Source of the DNA: Ignavibacteriales bacterium
GTDB lineage: Bacteria; Bacteroidota; Ignavibacteria; Ignavibacteriales; Melioribacteraceae
NCBI GenBank assembly: GCA_016936095.1
Contig: JAFGPR010000277.1
Span: 1-61,933, forward strand
DNA length: 61,933 nt
Reading direction: 5' to 3'
The position numbers and the translations under genes are program-made. Shown piece after piece: positions 40,850-50,232 of the stretch. Position 1 is the first letter of the stretch, and each line of letters begins with the position of its first letter. The notes under the pieces were generated by a model, which made no database searches, was not told the origin of the DNA, and saw only the letters and a list, made by a program, of their open reading frames with translations.

Positions 40850-41371
40850 TTGGCAGTTAAGTTAAGATTAATGCGATTAGGAAAGAAGAAACAACCTATT
40901 TATAGAGTTGTTGTTGCTGATGCAAGATCACCACGTGATGGTAAATTTATTGAAGCGATTGGAGTCTATAATCCAAAATCAGAAAGTACTTCTGTTGAGA
41001 TTAATTCTGATAGGGCTTTATATTGGTTGAATGTTGGTGCTCAACCTACTGATACTGTTCGAAATATTTTGAGTGGAGCGGGCGTTCTTTTCAAGAGAGA
41101 ATTACTTCGTAAAGGGCTTAATGAAGATGAAATTAATGTCAAAATGGAAGAATGGATAGCATTGAAAGATCAAAGAAGAGCCGAAATTCAAAAAAAACTT
41201 CTTGAAAAGAAAAGCAAAAAACAGAAAGAATCTCAAGTAAAGCATGAAGAAGTTAAAGAAGAAATTAGTGCTGAAGTTAAGGAAGAGATTAAAACCGAAG
41301 TTAAAGAAGAGCCAAAAACCGAGATTAAAGAAGAAAAACAAGAAAACACAGAAGAAGTAAAACCAGAGTAA
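40850..41371 (+). CDS. rpsP: 30S ribosomal protein S16 with Lys/Glu-rich C-terminal tail
   Basis: TTG start. [23 protein letters not shown] core (~85 aa) plus a ~85-aa charged tail. Confidence 0.92.
   Translation: MAVKLRLMRLGKKKQPIYRVVVADARSPRDGKFIEAIGVYNPKSESTSVEINSDRALYWLNVGAQPTDTVRNILSGAGVLFKRELLRKGLNEDEINVKMEEWIALKDQRRAEIQKKLLEKKSKKQKESQVKHEEVKEEISAEVKEEIKTEVKEEPKTEIKEEKQENTEEVKPE
41249..41344 (+). repeat. Four tandem 24-nt coding repeats (EVKEEIxx) in the S16 tail
   Basis: The four units are GAAGTTAAAGAAGAAATTAGTGCT, GAAGTTAAGGAAGAGATTAAAACC, GAAGTTAAAGAAGAGCCAAAAACC and GAGATTAAAGAAGAAAAACAAGAA. Confidence 0.8.
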
Positions 41372-41458
41372 AAATATCAAAAAATATTTTTATATTTGAA
41401 TTGTTTTTTGTAACTTTTAATTATATAGTTTCTCATTTATTTTTTTAGGGTACCTTAA

Positions 41459-41692
41459 ATGAAAGAATTTATTGAATTCATTGCAAAACACTTGGTTGAC
41501 AATCCAGAAGGAGTAGAAATTCAGGAAGTAACTCCAGATGAAAAAACTGTTGAACTAACCTTAAAAGTTGGTACAGAGGATATTGGAAAAGTTATCGGTA
41601 AGCAGGGGAAAACAGCTCAAGCTATGAGAACTCTCTTGACTGCTATTGCTGCTAAAGATGGTAAAAGAGCAATTTTAAAGATTTTGGATTAA
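41459..41692 (+). CDS. KH-domain RNA-binding protein (YlqC/UPF0109 family)
   Basis: 77 aa with the GKVIGKQGKTAQAMRTLL (GxxG) motif. Canonical position between rpsP and rimM. Confidence 0.88.
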   Translation: MKEFIEFIAKHLVDNPEGVEIQEVTPDEKTVELTLKVGTEDIGKVIGKQGKTAQAMRTLLTAIAAKDGKRAILKILD

Positions 41693-41699
41693 TTAGAAA

Positions 41700-42215
41700 T
41701 TGAAAAATGACAACTTTATAATAATTGGAAAAATTAAGAGTTGTCAAAAGAGAGAAGGTTATTTACTAATTATTCCTGTATCAAATTATTTTCAGAGATT
41801 TTTTAATCTAAGATATGTCTTAATTGATATATTTGGGGATTTAAGAAAATTTTACATTGAAGAAGTATCTTTTGATATGAAAGATATTTATGTGAAATTT
41901 TTGAATTTTAATACTTTTGATGATATTAGTTTTATAATTGGTAAAAATATTTTTATTGATTCTTCTGATGAGTTGGTCTTACAAAAAGATTCGTATTTTA
42001 TTCACGACCTGATTGATTGTTCAGTATATAAAGGGAAATTATTTCTAGGTAAGCTTGTAAATGTTCTTTCTCTTTCAGCAAATGATGTTTATGTGATTGA
42101 AGATAACAATGGAAAAGAAATTCTTATTCCAGCTTTAAAGAAAATCATAAAGATGATAGATATAAAGGATAAGAAATTATTTTTATCAGAAGATTTTGAG
42201 TTGGTTGATGATTAG
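41700..42215 (+). CDS. rimM: 16S rRNA processing protein RimM
   Basis: TTG start. IIGKI...REGYL N-terminus and PRC-barrel-like C-terminus (FIHDLIDCSVY). Conserved rpsP-rimM-trmD-rplS order. Confidence 0.8.
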   Translation: MKNDNFIIIGKIKSCQKREGYLLIIPVSNYFQRFFNLRYVLIDIFGDLRKFYIEEVSFDMKDIYVKFLNFNTFDDISFIIGKNIFIDSSDELVLQKDSYFIHDLIDCSVYKGKLFLGKLVNVLSLSANDVYVIEDNNGKEILIPALKKIIKMIDIKDKKLFLSEDFELVDD

Positions 42216-42891
42216 ATTTGACATTATTTCTGCTATCCCTGATTTTTTTAATGGACCTCTAACGACGAGTATTATTAAAAGAGCTCAGGATAAGAAACTT
42301 GTTGAAATATATGTTCATAATCTAAGAGATTATGCTTATGATAGACACAAACAGATTGATGATAAACCATTCGGCGGTGAGCCTGGGATGGTACTTAAAC
42401 CTGAACCGTTCTTTGAATGTATTGAAAAGTTATTGGCTGAAAGAGAATACCAAAATATTATTTTTACTTCACCACAAGGTATTATCTTTAATCAAGAAAC
42501 AGCCAAGAAAATATCACTTGAAAAAAATGCAATTATTGTTGCAGGAAGATACAAGGGGATAGATGAAAGAGTTAGAGAGAAATTTGCAACGGTCGATATT
42601 TCGATTGGTAATTTTGTTCTAAGTGGAGGTGAGATAGCTGCTGTAGTAGTGGTTGATTCTGTAATTAGACTTATTCCCAAAGTACTAAATGATAGTGAAT
42701 CTGCATTGAATGACTCTTTTATGGATGGAGAATTATTATCAGCGCCAGTATATACAAGACCTGCAGAATATAAGGGAATGGGTGTTCCTGAAGTGTTATT
42801 ATCAGGGAATGAAAAATTAATCAAGGAATGGAAAGCAAAACAATCAATTATAATAACGGAAAATTGGAAAAAAATAAATAGAATGGAGTAA
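42208..42891 (+). CDS. trmD: tRNA (guanine37-N1)-methyltransferase
   Basis: Start moved to ATG 42208 (MIRFDIISAIPDFF), an 8-nt overlap with rimM. GRYKGIDERV and GGE motifs. Confidence 0.92.
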   Translation: MIRFDIISAIPDFFNGPLTTSIIKRAQDKKLVEIYVHNLRDYAYDRHKQIDDKPFGGEPGMVLKPEPFFECIEKLLAEREYQNIIFTSPQGIIFNQETAKKISLEKNAIIVAGRYKGIDERVREKFATVDISIGNFVLSGGEIAAVVVVDSVIRLIPKVLNDSESALNDSFMDGELLSAPVYTRPAEYKGMGVPEVLLSGNEKLIKEWKAKQSIIITENWKKINRME

Positions 42892-42894
42892 AAG

Positions 42895-43242
42895 ATGGAT
42901 AAGTTAAGCCAAATTAAAGCTGAACAAAAAAGATCTGACTTACCTAGTTTCAAATCAGGCGATAGAATTCGTGTTCATTCAAAAGTTATTGAAGGTGACA
43001 AAGAGAGAATTCAATTTTTTGAGGGGGACGTTATAAGTGTAAGAGGCACATTAGGTGAGAAGACTTTTACAGTTAGAAAAATTTCTAATGGAGTAGGAGT
43101 CGAGAGGATTTTCCCGTTTAATTCACCAAAAATTACTAAAATCGAAGTAGTTAAAGAAGGTAAAGTCAGAAGGGCAAAATTGTACTTCTTACGTGGATTA
43201 TCTGGTAAAGCTGCAAGAATAAAAGAAAAAAGAATTAACTAA
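42895..43242 (+). CDS. rplS: 50S ribosomal protein L19
   Basis: 115 aa with [30 protein letters not shown]. Confidence 0.95.
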   Translation: MDKLSQIKAEQKRSDLPSFKSGDRIRVHSKVIEGDKERIQFFEGDVISVRGTLGEKTFTVRKISNGVGVERIFPFNSPKITKIEVVKEGKVRRAKLYFLRGLSGKAARIKEKRIN

Positions 43243-43262
43243 TTTATTACAAGGAATTTTTT

Positions 43263-43289
43263 GCCGCCGTAAATTCGGCGGTTTTTTTT
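43263..43289 (+). terminator. Rho-independent terminator after rplS
   Basis: CCGCCG (43264-43269), 6-nt loop, CGGCGG (43276-43281), then T8 (43282-43289). Confidence 0.85.
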
Positions 43290-44048
43290 ATGGAATTTGC
43301 ATTACCTCAAAATATTTTTACCTCGATCTTCATTAAGAATTTACCGAAAGATATTCAAAACATGGTGGAATATTTACCCTCTTCCCTATTATTAAAAAAT
43401 TTTTCCGCACAAGATTACGATATAGGACTAGTTCCATCTTGTGATATTATTTTAAGTGAGAATAATTTTTTTGTTTCTAATAAATATGCAATTTCGTTTG
43501 ATGGGAAATTATCAAATTCAAATTTTTATTTTAAGAATAATGATATAAAGAATCTTCATGTGAAAGGTGATGTCTCTAAAAATGAAATTTTATTGACTAA
43601 AATTTTATTTTTAGAAAAGTATGATATTGATGTTGAACTTGCTTTGGATATATACACATCTGAAATACAAAATGAAAATTTGTTACTTGTTGGTGATGAA
43701 AATCTCAAGCGTGAAAACTTAGAACAAGGAATTAGTTTTGCTGATTATTTTGCAGAATTATTGGATTATCCGTATGTCAATTATCTATTAGTAGCGAAAG
43801 AGAAAGAAGTGTTATTTGATTTTGCAAAACATTTAGAATGCTTAGATATTAGGATTGAAGATAATTTAGAACTATTACTAAATGAGTTAGAAATTGACAC
43901 TGATGTTAAGAAATTATTTATTGATAATTTTAATTCTGTATATTATGAATTAACAAAAAATGAAATTGATGGTATAAAAGAAATGGTGAAATTGATGTAT
44001 TATTATGGGCAAATAGATAATATCAGAGAGTTGAATTTTATTGGATAA
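43290..44048 (+). CDS. Hypothetical protein, weakly MqnA/MqnD (DUF178)-like
   Basis: 252 aa. DYDIGLVPSCDII and the C-terminal Y.LTKNEIDGIKEM...YG pattern loosely resemble menaquinone-via-futalosine MqnA-type proteins. Similarity is by eye only. Confidence 0.35.
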   Translation: MEFALPQNIFTSIFIKNLPKDIQNMVEYLPSSLLLKNFSAQDYDIGLVPSCDIILSENNFFVSNKYAISFDGKLSNSNFYFKNNDIKNLHVKGDVSKNEILLTKILFLEKYDIDVELALDIYTSEIQNENLLLVGDENLKRENLEQGISFADYFAELLDYPYVNYLLVAKEKEVLFDFAKHLECLDIRIEDNLELLLNELEIDTDVKKLFIDNFNSVYYELTKNEIDGIKEMVKLMYYYGQIDNIRELNFIG

Positions 44049-44050
44049 AA

Positions 44051-44085
44051 AAGGCTGCCATTAAGACAGCCCCTTTCGATTTTTA
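44051..44085 (-). terminator. Weak hairpin terminator serving the minus-strand operon (possibly bidirectional)
   Basis: GGCTG (44053-44057) pairs with CAGCC (44067-44071). On the minus strand the stem is followed by TTTTTT. The stem is only 5 bp. Confidence 0.4.
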
Positions 44086-45030
44086 TTAGAATTTATTTAC
44101 TGCATTTATAATATTTTTCTTATCAACAAATTCAGCAATTATACGGACGGTTTCTTCTGCTACTGCATCTTGTGCCTGTTCGGTTGATGCTCCAATATGG
44201 TGAGTAACATAGACATTATCAACTTGTTGAAGCTTTGATGTAACTGCTCCGTCTTTTCCTTCAGGTTCTTCTGCAAAGACATCTATTCCAACTTTTATTC
44301 CTTTTTCTTGAATTGCTTTGATCAAGTCGTCTTCATTTACTACTTGGTGTCTTGAAGTATTGATGAAGAGTGCACCTTTTTTCATAAGCGAAAGCATTTT
44401 TTCGTTGAACATTCCCTTTGTCTCTGCATTTGATGGTAAATGAATAGAGATGACATCAGCATTTTTTAAAACATCTTCAACGCTTGGTTGATATTCTATT
44501 TCAGCATCTTGTGCTTTTACAATATCATATCCAATAACCTTCATTCCAAATGCTTTTGCTCTTTTTGCAACCTCTTGTCCGATATTTCCCGTCCCTATGA
44601 TTCCGATTGTCTTTCCAAATAGACCATTTGCTTTTGAGTATTCTGCTTTGTTCCAAACACCTTTTTTAAAATCTATAACATTAGACGGAATTCTTCTATC
44701 CAAAGCAACCATCAAACCAATTGCTAATTCTGCAACTGCGATGGAATTTTTACCGGGACAATTTGTAACATAAACTTTTTTAGCGGTAGCAGCTTTTGTA
44801 TCAATATTGTTTACACCAGAACCTGCTCTTATAATCATTTTTAGATTTTGAGCATCGTTGATAGTTTTTTCATTTACAATAGTTGATCGTACAATAATAA
44901 TATCAACGTCTTTAGCAGCTTCGGGTAGATCATTTTCACCTAATTTAGGTTGATAAATAACTTCAAGGTTTTTCTCTTTCATCTGCTGAATATAAATATC
45001 CGGGAATTTGTCAGCTACGAGAACTTTCAT
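44086..45030 (-). CDS. D-isomer-specific 2-hydroxyacid dehydrogenase (phosphoglycerate dehydrogenase-like, no ACT domain)
   Basis: 314 aa. NAD fold GIIGTGNIGQEVAKRAKAFGMKV, plus the RH and HIGAST catalytic region. Confidence 0.8.
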   Translation of the reverse strand: MKVLVADKFPDIYIQQMKEKNLEVIYQPKLGENDLPEAAKDVDIIIVRSTIVNEKTINDAQNLKMIIRAGSGVNNIDTKAATAKKVYVTNCPGKNSIAVAELAIGLMVALDRRIPSNVIDFKKGVWNKAEYSKANGLFGKTIGIIGTGNIGQEVAKRAKAFGMKVIGYDIVKAQDAEIEYQPSVEDVLKNADVISIHLPSNAETKGMFNEKMLSLMKKGALFINTSRHQVVNEDDLIKAIQEKGIKVGIDVFAEEPEGKDGAVTSKLQQVDNVYVTHHIGASTEQAQDAVAEETVRIIAEFVDKKNIINAVNKF

Positions 45031-45044
45031 TTTTTCCTCCTCTT

Positions 45045-45791
45045 TTATTTAGTGATGTTAAATTCAAATATAAAACAGTCAGGGAATGTTCCTTGTAATT
45101 GTGCTTTCAATTGTTCAGCTTCTTGTCTTGTATTGTATGATCCTAAAATTACACGATAAAATTTTACATTATTTACTGTTGCAACTTGAACGATGGTATT
45201 TTGCTTATATTTATCTGAAATACTTTCTGAGAGACGGATCAAATTTGCGAATTCCATATAACTTCCGATTTGAACTCCGAATCCTGTCGGTGTTACCCTT
45301 GATGTAGAAATTTCATAGTATTCATCCGGTTTAATATCTAAAGGAATATTATTAGGAGGTGGATCTTTTTGAGTATCTTGATTAGTATCGTCAAAGACAT
45401 AACTTGTATCTTGTTTCTGTTCTTGGACAACTTCAATCTTTACATCTGCTGTTCCTGTATTTACCATATCAAGTTCAATTGCAGCCGATTTAGATACATC
45501 AATAATCCTTTCTGCAACAAATGGACCTCTATCATTAATGCGAATGATAACAGACTTATTATTTGCAAGGTTGGTTACTTTAACATTCGTATTAAAAGGT
45601 AGAGAAAGATGCGCACCTGTTAATTTAGAATGCCAATAAATTTCGCCATTTGCAGTTGATTTTCCCTCAAATTTATCAGCATAATATGATGCTTTACCAT
45701 GTTGAATATAGACATCTTGCGAGAAAAGATTCAATTGTAAAACGAATAATAGAAATAATATAATATTAAATTTTGTCATCTTTTTAAACAA
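45045..45791 (-). CDS. rlpA: Septal ring lytic transglycosylase RlpA-family protein with C-terminal SPOR domain
   Basis: Signal peptide, DPBB motif GKASYYADKFEGKSTANGE...VIIRINDRGPF, and a SPOR-like C-terminal ~75 aa (FGVQIGSY...YRVILGSY). Confidence 0.85.
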   Translation of the reverse strand: MFKKMTKFNIILFLLFVLQLNLFSQDVYIQHGKASYYADKFEGKSTANGEIYWHSKLTGAHLSLPFNTNVKVTNLANNKSVIIRINDRGPFVAERIIDVSKSAAIELDMVNTGTADVKIEVVQEQKQDTSYVFDDTNQDTQKDPPPNNIPLDIKPDEYYEISTSRVTPTGFGVQIGSYMEFANLIRLSESISDKYKQNTIVQVATVNNVKFYRVILGSYNTRQEAEQLKAQLQGTFPDCFIFEFNITK

Positions 45792-45806
45792 ATTTATTAG
45801 TAATAT

Positions 45807-46499
45807 TTAATTTTCCAAATCGAACATCTCAGTGGAATTATTCCAGGTAAATTCAATAGTCTTAACGTCATCTTTAATTCTATCAAATTTATCTTTTGTA
45901 GAAATATTTCCCTCAAATTCTTTATCACAAATTGTGATTGTTACTTCAATTTTAGAACCAAATCTGGGTAGTGTAAATATATAGTCATAGGGAACTGATT
46001 TGTCGGAGGCATAATAATTTACGTAATCTTTTAAGATCTGCAGTGTTTCCTTATCATCGTAAAATAACTTTGAAGCTAACAATGGGTATGCTCTTCCCAT
46101 TTCAAAAAGTACAGAATCTGGATATTCATAATAATCTTGTTTAAATACTTTTTTAAATGCATCATCCAAATTACCATCAGAATACTCAAGAAAAAGCCAT
46201 GCATAATATCTGCAATCTATTAAAAAATAATCTGAGGTAATTCCAAATATAACTTTGCTTGTGTTACTCTTAAAAATTTTCAAAGCATAATGACAGTCGC
46301 CATATTCGTTTTTAGAAAAAAAAGATAAATAACCATTTTCAATATCTACGACTGAATCAACGATTTCTTCATTTGATTCTTTAAATTGTTCAGGAAGATT
46401 ATGATAAAAATTTGATACATTTATATTATTGCTGTTTTGTGCACAAGATATTGTTATTAAAGCAATAATAATAGCTAATATTATTATGCATTTGTTCAT
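45807..46499 (-). CDS. Hypothetical lipoprotein
   Basis: Lipobox-like LITISC followed by 210 aa with no recognised motif. Confidence 0.6.
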   Translation of the reverse strand: MNKCIIILAIIIALITISCAQNSNNINVSNFYHNLPEQFKESNEEIVDSVVDIENGYLSFFSKNEYGDCHYALKIFKSNTSKVIFGITSDYFLIDCRYYAWLFLEYSDGNLDDAFKKVFKQDYYEYPDSVLFEMGRAYPLLASKLFYDDKETLQILKDYVNYYASDKSVPYDYIFTLPRFGSKIEVTITICDKEFEGNISTKDKFDRIKDDVKTIEFTWNNSTEMFDLEN

Positions 46500-46530
46500 A
46501 TTAAATCTTTTTTATTATTAAATAATTTTT

Positions 46531-46995
46531 TTATAGTAGATTTCTTTCAATATATTTTGAATAATCTTTTATTTTAGGTGAATATTTTTCATTCATTAAA
46601 TGCGAAGAAATTATAAAATCAGCAGTTGAACGATTGCAAGCAGTTGGAACATTATATAAGACAGAAATCCTTAAAAGTGCTTTAACATCAACATCATGTG
46701 GCTGGGGTTGCATCGGATCCCAGAAGAAAATCAAAACATCAATCTTACTTTCTGCGACTAGTGCTCCAAGTTGTTGATCACCACCCAATGGTCCGGATTT
46801 CAGTTTAGTTATTTTTATGTCTAATTCATCTTTTCCAGTTTTTTTTAATAAAGCCTCTTCTACGAATTTGCCAGTTGTTCCAGTGCAAACAAGATTGTGC
46901 TTTGCCAGAATTTCAAAATTCCAATCAACCCATTCAATTAGATCTTTTTTACGATTATCATGTGCAACAAGTGCAATGTTTTTTAACTTTTCCAT
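46531..46995 (-). CDS. mgsA: Methylglyoxal synthase
   Basis: IALVAHDNRKKDL, GPLGGDQQ and HDVDVKALLR motifs. Confidence 0.92.
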   Translation of the reverse strand: MEKLKNIALVAHDNRKKDLIEWVDWNFEILAKHNLVCTGTTGKFVEEALLKKTGKDELDIKITKLKSGPLGGDQQLGALVAESKIDVLIFFWDPMQPQPHDVDVKALLRISVLYNVPTACNRSTADFIISSHLMNEKYSPKIKDYSKYIERNLL

Positions 46996-47003
46996 ATCTT
47001 ACT

Positions 47004-48653
47004 TTATCTTAACATAGGAATTTTTATATTATACTTTTTTGCATTTTGAATTGCTTGTTCATAACCAGCGTCAGAATGTCTCATTATTCCCATTCCAGGA
47101 TCATAAGTTAAAACATTCATTAAACGAACTTCGGCTTCGGGAGTTCCATCTGCAACTATAACCATTCCGGCGTGGATGGATTTACCAATTCCAACTCCGC
47201 CTCCGTGATGGACTGATACCCAGCTTGCTCCACCGATTGAATTTATAAGTGCATTTAATATCGGCCAATCTGCAATTGCATCGCTTCCGTCTTTCATTCC
47301 CTCAGTTTCTCTATTTGGTGATGCCACCGATCCACAATCTAAATGGTCCCTTCCAATAACTATCGGTGCTTTGACTTTTCCGGATGCAACTAAATCGTTG
47401 AACACTTTACCCATTTTTGCTCTTTCACCATAACCAAGCCAACAAATACGAGAGGGGAGTCCTTGAAATTTTACTTTTTTTTGTGCAAGTTTAATCCAAC
47501 GAATTAAAGATCCGTTTTCAGGGAAAGTTTCAATAACAGCTTGGTCGGTAGTATAAATATCATCTGGATTACCAGAAAGAGCAGCCCAACGAAATGGACC
47601 TTTACCATCACAGAATAACGGACGAATATATTCAGGAACAAAACCGGGAATATCAAATGCATTCGTCACTCCGTTGTCTTTTGCTTCACCTCTAATATTG
47701 TTCCCATAATCAAATGCAATTGCACCTTGCTTTTGAAGTTCAAGCATAGCTTTTAGGTGAACAACAATAGTTTTTTTTGCTAATTCAATATATTTAGTAG
47801 GATTTTCTTTACGGAGTTTAACTGCCTCATTAAAAGTAATTCCCATTGGAATATAACCATTCAACGTATCATGAGCAGATGTTTGGTCAGTCAAAATATC
47901 TGGAATAATTCCTTTTTCCAATATTTTAGGTAAAACTTCACCAGCATTACCAATTAATCCAACAGATAATGCAACCTTTTTTTCTTTTGCTTCAAGTACT
48001 AATGCAAGTGCTTCATCAAGATTATCGGTCATCTTATCCAAGTAGCCTGTATCAATTCTTTTTTGTATTCTTGATTTGTCAACATCAATACCTAAGAATG
48101 CTGCACCGTTCATCGTAGCTGCTAGAGGTTGAGCGCCACCCATACCTCCTAAACCGGCAGTTAATAAAAATCGTCCCGTCAAATCACTATTAAAATGTTG
48201 TCTTGCAGCTTCTGCAAAAGTTTCATAAGTACCTTGTAAAATTCCTTGCGTTCCAATATAAATCCAACTACCTGCTGTCATTTGACCATACATTGTAAGG
48301 CCAAGATTTTCAAGACGTCGAAATTCATCCCAATTAGCCCAGTCTGGAACTAACATAGAATTTGAAATAATAACCCTTGGTGCATTTAAATGCGTTTTGA
48401 ATATACCCACAGGTTTTCCTGATTGAACTAAAAGTGTTTCATCATTCTCAAGATTTTTTAGCGATTGAACAATTGACTCGAATGCATCCCAATTCCGAGC
48501 AGCTTTACCTGATCCTCCATAAACGACTAAATCTTCTGGTCGTTCTGCGACTTCGGGATCGAGATTATTTAATAGCATTCTTAATGCAGCTTCCTGTATC
48601 CAGCCTTTACAATTTAATTGTGTTCCAGTTGGAGTTTTAATTGCTTTATTCAT
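47004..48653 (-). CDS. hutU: Urocanate hydratase
   Basis: 549 aa with [34 protein letters not shown] and [12 protein letters not shown] motifs. Confidence 0.95.
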   Translation of the reverse strand: MNKAIKTPTGTQLNCKGWIQEAALRMLLNNLDPEVAERPEDLVVYGGSGKAARNWDAFESIVQSLKNLENDETLLVQSGKPVGIFKTHLNAPRVIISNSMLVPDWANWDEFRRLENLGLTMYGQMTAGSWIYIGTQGILQGTYETFAEAARQHFNSDLTGRFLLTAGLGGMGGAQPLAATMNGAAFLGIDVDKSRIQKRIDTGYLDKMTDNLDEALALVLEAKEKKVALSVGLIGNAGEVLPKILEKGIIPDILTDQTSAHDTLNGYIPMGITFNEAVKLRKENPTKYIELAKKTIVVHLKAMLELQKQGAIAFDYGNNIRGEAKDNGVTNAFDIPGFVPEYIRPLFCDGKGPFRWAALSGNPDDIYTTDQAVIETFPENGSLIRWIKLAQKKVKFQGLPSRICWLGYGERAKMGKVFNDLVASGKVKAPIVIGRDHLDCGSVASPNRETEGMKDGSDAIADWPILNALINSIGGASWVSVHHGGGVGIGKSIHAGMVIVADGTPEAEVRLMNVLTYDPGMGIMRHSDAGYEQAIQNAKKYNIKIPMLR

Positions 48654-48655
48654 TT

Positions 48656-48994
48656 TTACTCATTGAAATATTTTTGTAAAATACCATTATAATTCTTTAG
48701 TGCAGATTTCATAAGCCATTTTTTAATAAATTTTGCTTTTGTCAATTCCTTCTGAAAATGCTTAACATTCTCTTTAAGATTAAAAACTAATCTTGTTTTT
48801 TCATCTTTAGTGAATTTAACTTCGCCAGTTGGAATACTTAATTTTTCGATTATAGAATTGAAAATACGAGCTTCATTATACATTTCATCTTGCCCGACCA
48901 TTTGTTTTAGTGCTTGTTTAGAAAATGTTAAAAGAGCTTTTCTGTCATTTTTTTCAAATGTAAAATTATAATTTTGGAATAATTGTTTTTTCAT
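48656..48994 (-). CDS. Hypothetical protein (112 aa, Lys-rich, predicted helical)
   Basis: ORF lies tightly between add and hutU with 2-nt gaps on each side. No family recognised. Confidence 0.55.
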   Translation of the reverse strand: MKKQLFQNYNFTFEKNDRKALLTFSKQALKQMVGQDEMYNEARIFNSIIEKLSIPTGEVKFTKDEKTRLVFNLKENVKHFQKELTKAKFIKKWLMKSALKNYNGILQKYFNE

Positions 48995-48996
48995 TA

Positions 48997-50088
48997 TTAT
49001 TCTGTTTTTAGTGATAGAAGATTTTCTCTGATTGTTTGATAACCGGGTTTTATTACATCATAAATATATTTCAGTCTTTCGTTGTACGGTGCAAATGAAG
49101 ACTTCATTGCATTAATATTTAATTTTTCAACATCTTCCAAATTTAGATTGAATATTTGAACAGCTGTAAAATATTCTTTTGTCATTGTTGTATGGCTCAT
49201 AAGACGATTATCTGTATTCAAGAATACTCTAAAATGATGCTTGTATAGTTTTATGAATGGATGATTTTCAATTTTATCAATCGCACCTGTGTGAACATTG
49301 CTTGTAAGGCAAATCTCAAGAGGAATACGTTTGTCAAGTATATAATTTGCTAGGTCACCGAGCGATACGATGTTGCCTTTCTCATCATATTCCATATCTT
49401 CATATAGATGAGTTCCATGTCCGATTCGATGGGCACCACAATATTGAATTGCTTGCCATATTGATTCTTTACCGAATGATTCGCCTGCGTGTATTGTTAT
49501 ACTAAAATTAGACTTTTTAATAAAGTTAAAAGCGTCTAAATGTTTCTTTGGAGGATAACCTCCTTCTTCACCTGCAAGGTCAAACCCAACAACACCATCA
49601 TTTCTGAATTTTACTGCTAATTCTGCAATCTCTAAGGAATTTGTCATATTTCTCATAGCGCAAAGGATCAGTCCATAACCGACTTTGAAATCACGCTTAC
49701 CTTTTTCCAATCCATTTAATACTGCCCTGATTACTTCATCATACGATAAACCTTTACTTAAATGAAAAATCGGTGCAAATCGGGTTTCTACATAACAGAC
49801 TCCATCATCAGCCATATCTTCAAGTAATTCATAAGCAACTCTTTCTAAAGATTCTTTTGTTTGCATTAAAGCGCACGTGTGCTCAAATCCTTTTAAGTAT
49901 TCTTTGAGGTTACCACGATTAGCATCATTATGAATCCAGGATTGTAATTTTTCAGGTTCGTCAGTAGGCAATTTATCATAATTTTGATCTTTAGCTAATT
50001 CAATCATTGTTGGTGGTCTGAGTCCACCGTCAAGATGTTCGTGTAAAAGGACTTTTGGTGCTTTTTTAACAATTTCGTAAGTATTCAT
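48997..50088 (-). CDS. add: Adenosine deaminase
   Basis: VLLHEHLDGG, ITIHAGE and LNTDNRLMS motifs. Confidence 0.9.
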   Translation of the reverse strand: MNTYEIVKKAPKVLLHEHLDGGLRPPTMIELAKDQNYDKLPTDEPEKLQSWIHNDANRGNLKEYLKGFEHTCALMQTKESLERVAYELLEDMADDGVCYVETRFAPIFHLSKGLSYDEVIRAVLNGLEKGKRDFKVGYGLILCAMRNMTNSLEIAELAVKFRNDGVVGFDLAGEEGGYPPKKHLDAFNFIKKSNFSITIHAGESFGKESIWQAIQYCGAHRIGHGTHLYEDMEYDEKGNIVSLGDLANYILDKRIPLEICLTSNVHTGAIDKIENHPFIKLYKHHFRVFLNTDNRLMSHTTMTKEYFTAVQIFNLNLEDVEKLNINAMKSSFAPYNERLKYIYDVIKPGYQTIRENLLSLKTE

Positions 50089-50232
50089 AATTTACTATTA
50101 TTTTTTTTAAAAAATTTTATTAAATTTGTTTTATAAATTTATGAAATTATAATGTACTTTCAAAAAGTTACTTATAAATAATAACAATTTTATTAATAAT
50201 AAGAAAATCAATTATTTAACAATGGAGTTAAA

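Noticed and set aside
41102-41380. 92-aa Phe/Leu-rich ORF on the minus strand
   Set aside because: It is the complement of the Lys/Glu-rich repeat tail of rpsP, an artefact of the repeat composition.
42492-42953. 153-aa minus-strand ORF
   Set aside because: It is antisense to the conserved trmD and the start of rplS, and has no motif.
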